The position numbers and the translations under genes are program-made. The notes beneath the pieces are model-generated. The model was not told where the DNA came from, ran no database searches, and saw nothing but the letters and a program-made list of their open reading frames with translations. DNA of 64,000 bases from Candidatus Freyarchaeum deiterrae (GTDB taxonomy: Archaea > Asgardarchaeota > Jordiarchaeia > Jordiarchaeales > Jordiarchaeaceae): the NCBI GenBank assembly GCA_037305845.1, contig CP147778.1:3488001-3552000 (forward strand). Reading direction: 5' to 3'. Below are positions 59,693 through 64,000 of the stretch, piece after piece. How positions within the stretch are numbered: the first letter of the stretch is position 1; every line of letters begins with the position of its first letter.

Positions 59693-60051
59693 TTGTCCCA
59701 GCCACCTCTCTCCAAAATAGTGCCTTCAAACTAGGCGTGCCAGAATTATTTAAAAAGAATTTACCCGTTGCTTCGGGGTTCTGTAATACGGTACAAAAGT
59801 GGAAAATAATACTTATTTCGTGTGAGCCCCAAAGCATGCACATCCACCTTGGGATAATAGGAAACAGGGACACCTTAAAAAAATTTTGACATGTTTCTTT
59901 AAAATTTGTGTAATGAGTATCAACTAGTACACGTTATCGGGAAACCATGCCCCACATTCGATACTTGTCTAATAAAAATCAGTGTAGAATAATCCAGCGT
60001 TTATAGACTTGGAAAGAGTAAGTAAGTGTTTCGTTTAAGCGGTCCAATTCT

Positions 60052-60723
60052 TCAGCTCAGCTGTTCACCGCAAATCGGGCAAAAATACGAACCGGAAGGC
60101 ATTTCTTTTCCACACTTCGGGCAATGCAAAACCGCTTCTTTCACAATCTTCCGATTTGAATCGGTGCTCCACTTGAAAGGCTTTGCCTTCTCTTTAAACT
60201 CCCCCATAAGCTCCTTAATTTCATCCGCCCGGCGAAATTCTTTAGCGCCGATGTAAGCCTCAACCAGAGAGGTGTAAGAATCAATAACCTTAGAAATTAG
60301 GTTCTCATTAGCGGTTAGCTCAAAGTCTTCAAGAAACTCTCTCAAGTCCTCTATCCACTCCTCAGCATCTTCGTATTCCCTGTTATCGATACACTGGGAA
60401 ATTCTGCGAAAATAGGCGTCTGAAATTCGGGTAGCACTTTCCTCCTCAATAGGCAAATCGGTGCTATCAAGAAAATCCCCGAGGTCTTCCATCGTTATCA
60501 TGGCATCATCGTACTCATAGTTCTCAATGTAATCTGAAATTGCATTAGTAAAGGCTTCCAAAACTGGGGTGGCGATATTAAAATCGACACTCGCTCCCTT
60601 CCTCCTCAACCTTCTTATTTGAGCCAGAAGACTAGGCAGCTTATCGTACCTATCCTCATTAATAAAATTAGCAATTTGTTTAATCAGTTTCGCAAGCTCA
60701 TAATCATCATCAGAGCTGTCCAT
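60052..60723 (-). CDS. Helical-repeat protein with a C-terminal zinc ribbon
   Basis: Three ~43-aa acidic repeats (EYDDA/EYEDA/EFRRA); CPKCG...FCPICG; ATG after GGAGG. Confidence 0.8.
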   Translation of the reverse strand: MDSSDDDYELAKLIKQIANFINEDRYDKLPSLLAQIRRLRRKGASVDFNIATPVLEAFTNAISDYIENYEYDDAMITMEDLGDFLDSTDLPIEEESATRISDAYFRRISQCIDNREYEDAEEWIEDLREFLEDFELTANENLISKVIDSYTSLVEAYIGAKEFRRADEIKELMGEFKEKAKPFKWSTDSNRKIVKEAVLHCPKCGKEMPSGSYFCPICGEQLS

Positions 60724-61048
60724 GCTTTCATCCGCCTCCAATGTATAATATATTTGTCAACTGTCACCTACTTAAACTAATGCGAAGTATTCTCATACAC
60801 AATGAATATATCTGAGAATAAAAAGAATTCCAAAAATTTAAAGTATACTAATCCTGCAACCAAACTTTTTTTATTAAATGCTTGGTGTTCTGTTTATAAA
60901 GTGGTGGATGTAATCCTTTGAGAGTTATGGTTGTCAATTGCACGTTACCAGTATCAAGTAGCCTAGCAAAGCGATTTTTATACCCCCGGGTTTCGGTGGC
61001 ATGCTCCGTCATATTAGCTTAGCCTACCTACAGCCTTCTCAGGTTGAG

Positions 61049-61591
61049 CTAGTGTTCGTGTCCACCCTTTCCTTCCTCGTCATGTTCCTCGCTACCCTTC
61101 ACGCTTGCGTACAGGTGATGCGAATACAAGACAAAACCCAGATAAGCCTGCACGTACTCTCTTGCAGCAGTCACATTGTTTACGTCGTAATTCTTCTTAG
61201 CCATGGCATTTTTGAACCTTTCTTGCAGTTCCTCTTCTACGGAATGCGAAATGAGATCTATCACTTCTTTTGCATTTCCTTTTTCTATAGCCTTTTCCGC
61301 CCTTGGAACTATAGGACCCCAATCCAGCCCAGCGGGTTTCAACCCAGTATAAGATGCGCCTTCTCCTTCTCTGTGCAGACGTACAGCGGTTTCAAAGAAC
61401 CAATAATCAGCGAGCTCAGCAGCATCCTTATCCTGTTTTCTTACACGAAGAGCTTTTTGAAAAGCCTTCTTCAATTCGGCTTCAGCCTTTTTCGGCACCC
61501 AGGGAAGTATCAGGTTAACATTACCTGCTTCCAAAGCCATTTTCGCAGCCTTAACAACCGGTCCATCCATCGTATCACAATGTGGTGGCAT
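61049..61591 (-). CDS. DUF6448-like protein
   Basis: HCDTMDGPVV, FFETAVRLHREGEGASYTGLKP and AREYVQAY motifs; His-rich tail. Confidence 0.8.
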   Translation of the reverse strand: MPPHCDTMDGPVVKAAKMALEAGNVNLILPWVPKKAEAELKKAFQKALRVRKQDKDAAELADYWFFETAVRLHREGEGASYTGLKPAGLDWGPIVPRAEKAIEKGNAKEVIDLISHSVEEELQERFKNAMAKKNYDVNNVTAAREYVQAYLGFVLYSHHLYASVKGSEEHDEEGKGGHEH

Positions 61592-61856
61592 CCACTCACC
61601 TCAAGATAAAAATCTCATAGCTTCTCATTTAAAAATTTTATTCATTTTCTTGTGTTTTATTTAATAATTATTTCTTTTTCCTTTTGCCACCCGAAAATGT
61701 TTTGTCAGAAATAGAATCAACCTGTTTTCCATTGATTACGGTAACTCCCTTACGGGTGGTCTCCGAGAGAAATCTTTCAATTGACACACTTAGAATGCCA
61801 TAAACACCCATGAAATAGTTTTCCGAAACTGCAAGATCTACCTCATCCAAAAAATA

Positions 61857-61886
61857 AGTAAAACTTAAATGTAAGGAAGTCTTACT
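61857..61886 (+). promoter_or_regulatory. Inverted-repeat operator overlapping the vapBC promoter
   Basis: AGTAAAACTT-N10-AAGTCTTACT, 7 nt before the ATG. Confidence 0.6.
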
Positions 61887-61893
61887 AAAAGGT

Positions 61894-62118
61894 ATGATTC
61901 TTGGCAAAGTTAGTGAAAAAGGACAGATAGTAATACCAAAAGAGATCCGAGACAAGTTCAACATAAAGCCGGGAGACACTATAGCCTTCAAAATGATAGA
62001 CGGAAAAGTAATCATTGAGAAGATAATTGAAAAAAGAACAAAGGACATTTTGAAAGCTGGCAAACCGGTTGAACCAAGCGTTGAATTCCAAAGAAAGCTC
62101 CGGGAGGAGTGGGAGTGA
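61894..62118 (+). CDS. vapB: AbrB/MazE-type antitoxin
   Basis: KVSEKGQIVIPKEIRDKFNIKPGD. Confidence 0.92.
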   Translation: MILGKVSEKGQIVIPKEIRDKFNIKPGDTIAFKMIDGKVIIEKIIEKRTKDILKAGKPVEPSVEFQRKLREEWE

Positions 62119-62534
62119 GGGTCTGCCTTGATACAAACGTATTCATCGCTATTAAGAACAAGGAAAACGATTCTCAACACTGCGAGAGAATACTTGACGC
62201 TATAGAAGATAAAGAAATAGAAGGAGTAATTTCGACTATTACCATTGCAGAAACACTAGTAGGATTCTATTGGAATAAAGAAGAGAAAGAAGCAGAACAC
62301 TTTTTAGTACAAATTCTTCAGAATTACCATGTGTTGCCAGTTGATATTGAAGTATCCGAGAAAGCTGCGAGGCTCAGGGCTCAACAGGGAATTAAACTTC
62401 CCGACGCAGTTATCATGGCTACAACCATAATCACCGACGCAGACTACTTGATAACTAAGGATGATGCACTAAAAAAGAAAATAGGAATCAAATCCCTAAC
62501 TCCCCAAGAATTTGCAAGCAAATATCTGAAATAA
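62115..62534 (+). CDS. vapC: VapC-like PIN toxin
   Basis: LDTNVF, TIAE, LPDAVI and LITKD motifs; GTGA overlap. Confidence 0.92.
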   Translation: MRVCLDTNVFIAIKNKENDSQHCERILDAIEDKEIEGVISTITIAETLVGFYWNKEEKEAEHFLVQILQNYHVLPVDIEVSEKAARLRAQQGIKLPDAVIMATTIITDADYLITKDDALKKKIGIKSLTPQEFASKYLK

Positions 62535-62727
62535 TTAACCGTTAATCCTTCATCCATTTGAACCATTTATTTACATAATAACTGCACTTATACTGCTACT
62601 CTCTTAGATTATAACTTTCGATTCGCGTTCAACGACTTTTCATTTATTGTTTATTCTTTTTTCTTTTTTTTATGATAGGATATGATTCTTCGTTTAGTGC
62701 TTCCATTTTTTGGAGTCTAACATTATT

Positions 62728-62757
62728 AGTAGGATTTAAGTAAGCCAAAGTCTTACT
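62728..62757 (+). promoter_or_regulatory. Inverted-repeat operator overlapping the second vapBC promoter
   Basis: AGTAGGATTT-N10-AAGTCTTACT, 7 nt before the ATG. Confidence 0.6.
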
Positions 62758-62764
62758 TAAAAGT

Positions 62765-63010
62765 ATGAAAGTAAAGACATCTTCAAAGGGACAGGTAGTT
62801 ATTCCTAAAGAGATAAGGGAGAAACTGGGTATTAAGCCAGGTACAATTCTAAACATTAAGGCTGAGGAAAGAAGAGTGATACTTGAGTTAGCTCCAGAAG
62901 CGCCGGACGTATTTGTTGAGGCTGGCGAAATTGCGGAGCAAAGTTTGAGAGAATCTAAGGCGAGCAGTGACAAGGCAGAGAGACTTCTGAGGGATCTTGG
63001 TGTCAGCTAA
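62765..63010 (+). CDS. vapB: AbrB/MazE-type antitoxin
   Basis: SSKGQVVIPKEIREKLGIKPG. Confidence 0.92.
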   Translation: MKVKTSSKGQVVIPKEIREKLGIKPGTILNIKAEERRVILELAPEAPDVFVEAGEIAEQSLRESKASSDKAERLLRDLGVS

Positions 63011-63440
63011 GGTTTCAATTGACACAGGGGTTTTCACAGAGTACATTGATGTCAAGGGATCCTTCCATAAACTCGCCAAAGCTCTCTTTGACTCCCTTTA
63101 CATGATAGAGGTGTTTTTACCAGGAGTTATTCTTGCGGAAACCTGTTATGTCGCGGCGAGAATCTACAAAATCTTGGGATTAGGTCAATATTTTGAAAGA
63201 GCATTGAAACTTGTTGAGTGGCTCAGTGCACATCCGTCAATCAAAGTGGTTCGTAGCTTCGACTTGGATGTGGAAGCTGCAAAAATCAAAACACACTACA
63301 ACGTAGCCTTAACTGACTGCTACATCTTAGCAGTTTCAAAAATTAGGGACTGTACGGCGATATTCCGAAAGAGGGAAAAGGAGATGCCGCCCAGCATAGA
63401 AAAAGACTTCAACATTCTATTTCTTGAAGACTATGCATAA
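62997..63440 (+). CDS. vapC: VapC-like PIN toxin
   Basis: IDTGVF, ILAETCYV, ALTDC and FRKREKE motifs. Confidence 0.88.
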   Translation: MVSAKVSIDTGVFTEYIDVKGSFHKLAKALFDSLYMIEVFLPGVILAETCYVAARIYKILGLGQYFERALKLVEWLSAHPSIKVVRSFDLDVEAAKIKTHYNVALTDCYILAVSKIRDCTAIFRKREKEMPPSIEKDFNILFLEDYA

Positions 63441-63604
63441 TTATTGGTTCTATCGTATACCTATCTATAAGAGGATTAGTGTCACTTAAACTGTGCACTT
63501 ATAAGGCTACTCTCTTTAGGTTTGAGGAAAGAAAAATGGAGCAGTACTCGTACAAACAGAACATTTTAAGAGTCATATTGGTGGATGTATTTTGGTGAAA
63601 TAAT

Positions 63605-63784
63605 ATGCGGAGCGTTTCTCACCAAGTTGAATTAAGCGAGGAAGAGATAGAAATAATGGTTGGAACTCTGAGATACGCATTAGAATACTGTCCAGTCGAA
63701 AGCATAAGTCACAAAGTAGACATAACTAATGAAAAAATTGAAGATTTAATCGCAAAGCTGGAAAAAGCATTAAAGCCACGATAA
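63605..63784 (+). CDS. Small hypothetical protein (59 aa, below the ORF track cutoff)
   Basis: GGTGA SD; MRSVSHQVELSEEEIEIMVGTLRYALEYCP...KLEKALKPR. Confidence 0.6.
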   Translation: MRSVSHQVELSEEEIEIMVGTLRYALEYCPVESISHKVDITNEKIEDLIAKLEKALKPR

Positions 63785-64000
63785 CCGACTCCGTTTTTTG
63801 AGTTTTTCTTAAAGTTTTTAGAAGAAGGAAAGCTAATTGTTCGTTTGAATACCAAAAATAGCTCTAAAAAAGTTACTGAACTGAAAGCCACAACAGTGAG
63901 ATGCAGAACGCATCGCTCTCACCCCGAAAAGAAGCGTTCAATAAAGCTTCCTTCTCGACCTTTCAGTGGTTTAGTTTTACCTTCAAATTGAACATTTTTG

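Overview
Archaeal chromosomal window, most likely an Asgard archaeon. This is inferred from single-pass membrane proteins with longin-like cytoplasmic domains, a wHTH/V4R-like regulator, PAC2, an archaeal-type PEP carboxylase and GGTGA/GGAGG SD motifs. The dominant feature is a family of four Asn-rich parallel beta-helix (NosD/CASH-type) cell-surface genes: three in tandem at 14.8-26.5 kb and one at 46.8-48.9 kb. Each is packaged as the same unit: a palindromic promoter region, a ~230-260 nt conserved and apparently structured 5' leader with co-varying stems, a constant signal peptide, a variable and mosaic repeat body, a constant membrane anchor, and a conserved 3' hairpin plus U-tract. That unit is my best candidate for an undescribed system, namely a cis-regulatory RNA on a diversifying surface-protein family. 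The window also holds three large single-pass membrane proteins (two with longin-like tails), a thiolase next to a paralogue lacking both catalytic cysteines, a candidate nuclease/TIM-barrel defence pair, many toxin-antitoxin modules and their decayed remnants, a GC-rich horizontally acquired hydrolase, and a G-quadruplex-like tract. I recognised no rRNA, tRNA, CRISPR array, integrase, transposase or reverse transcriptase. All family calls are by eye; no searches were run.
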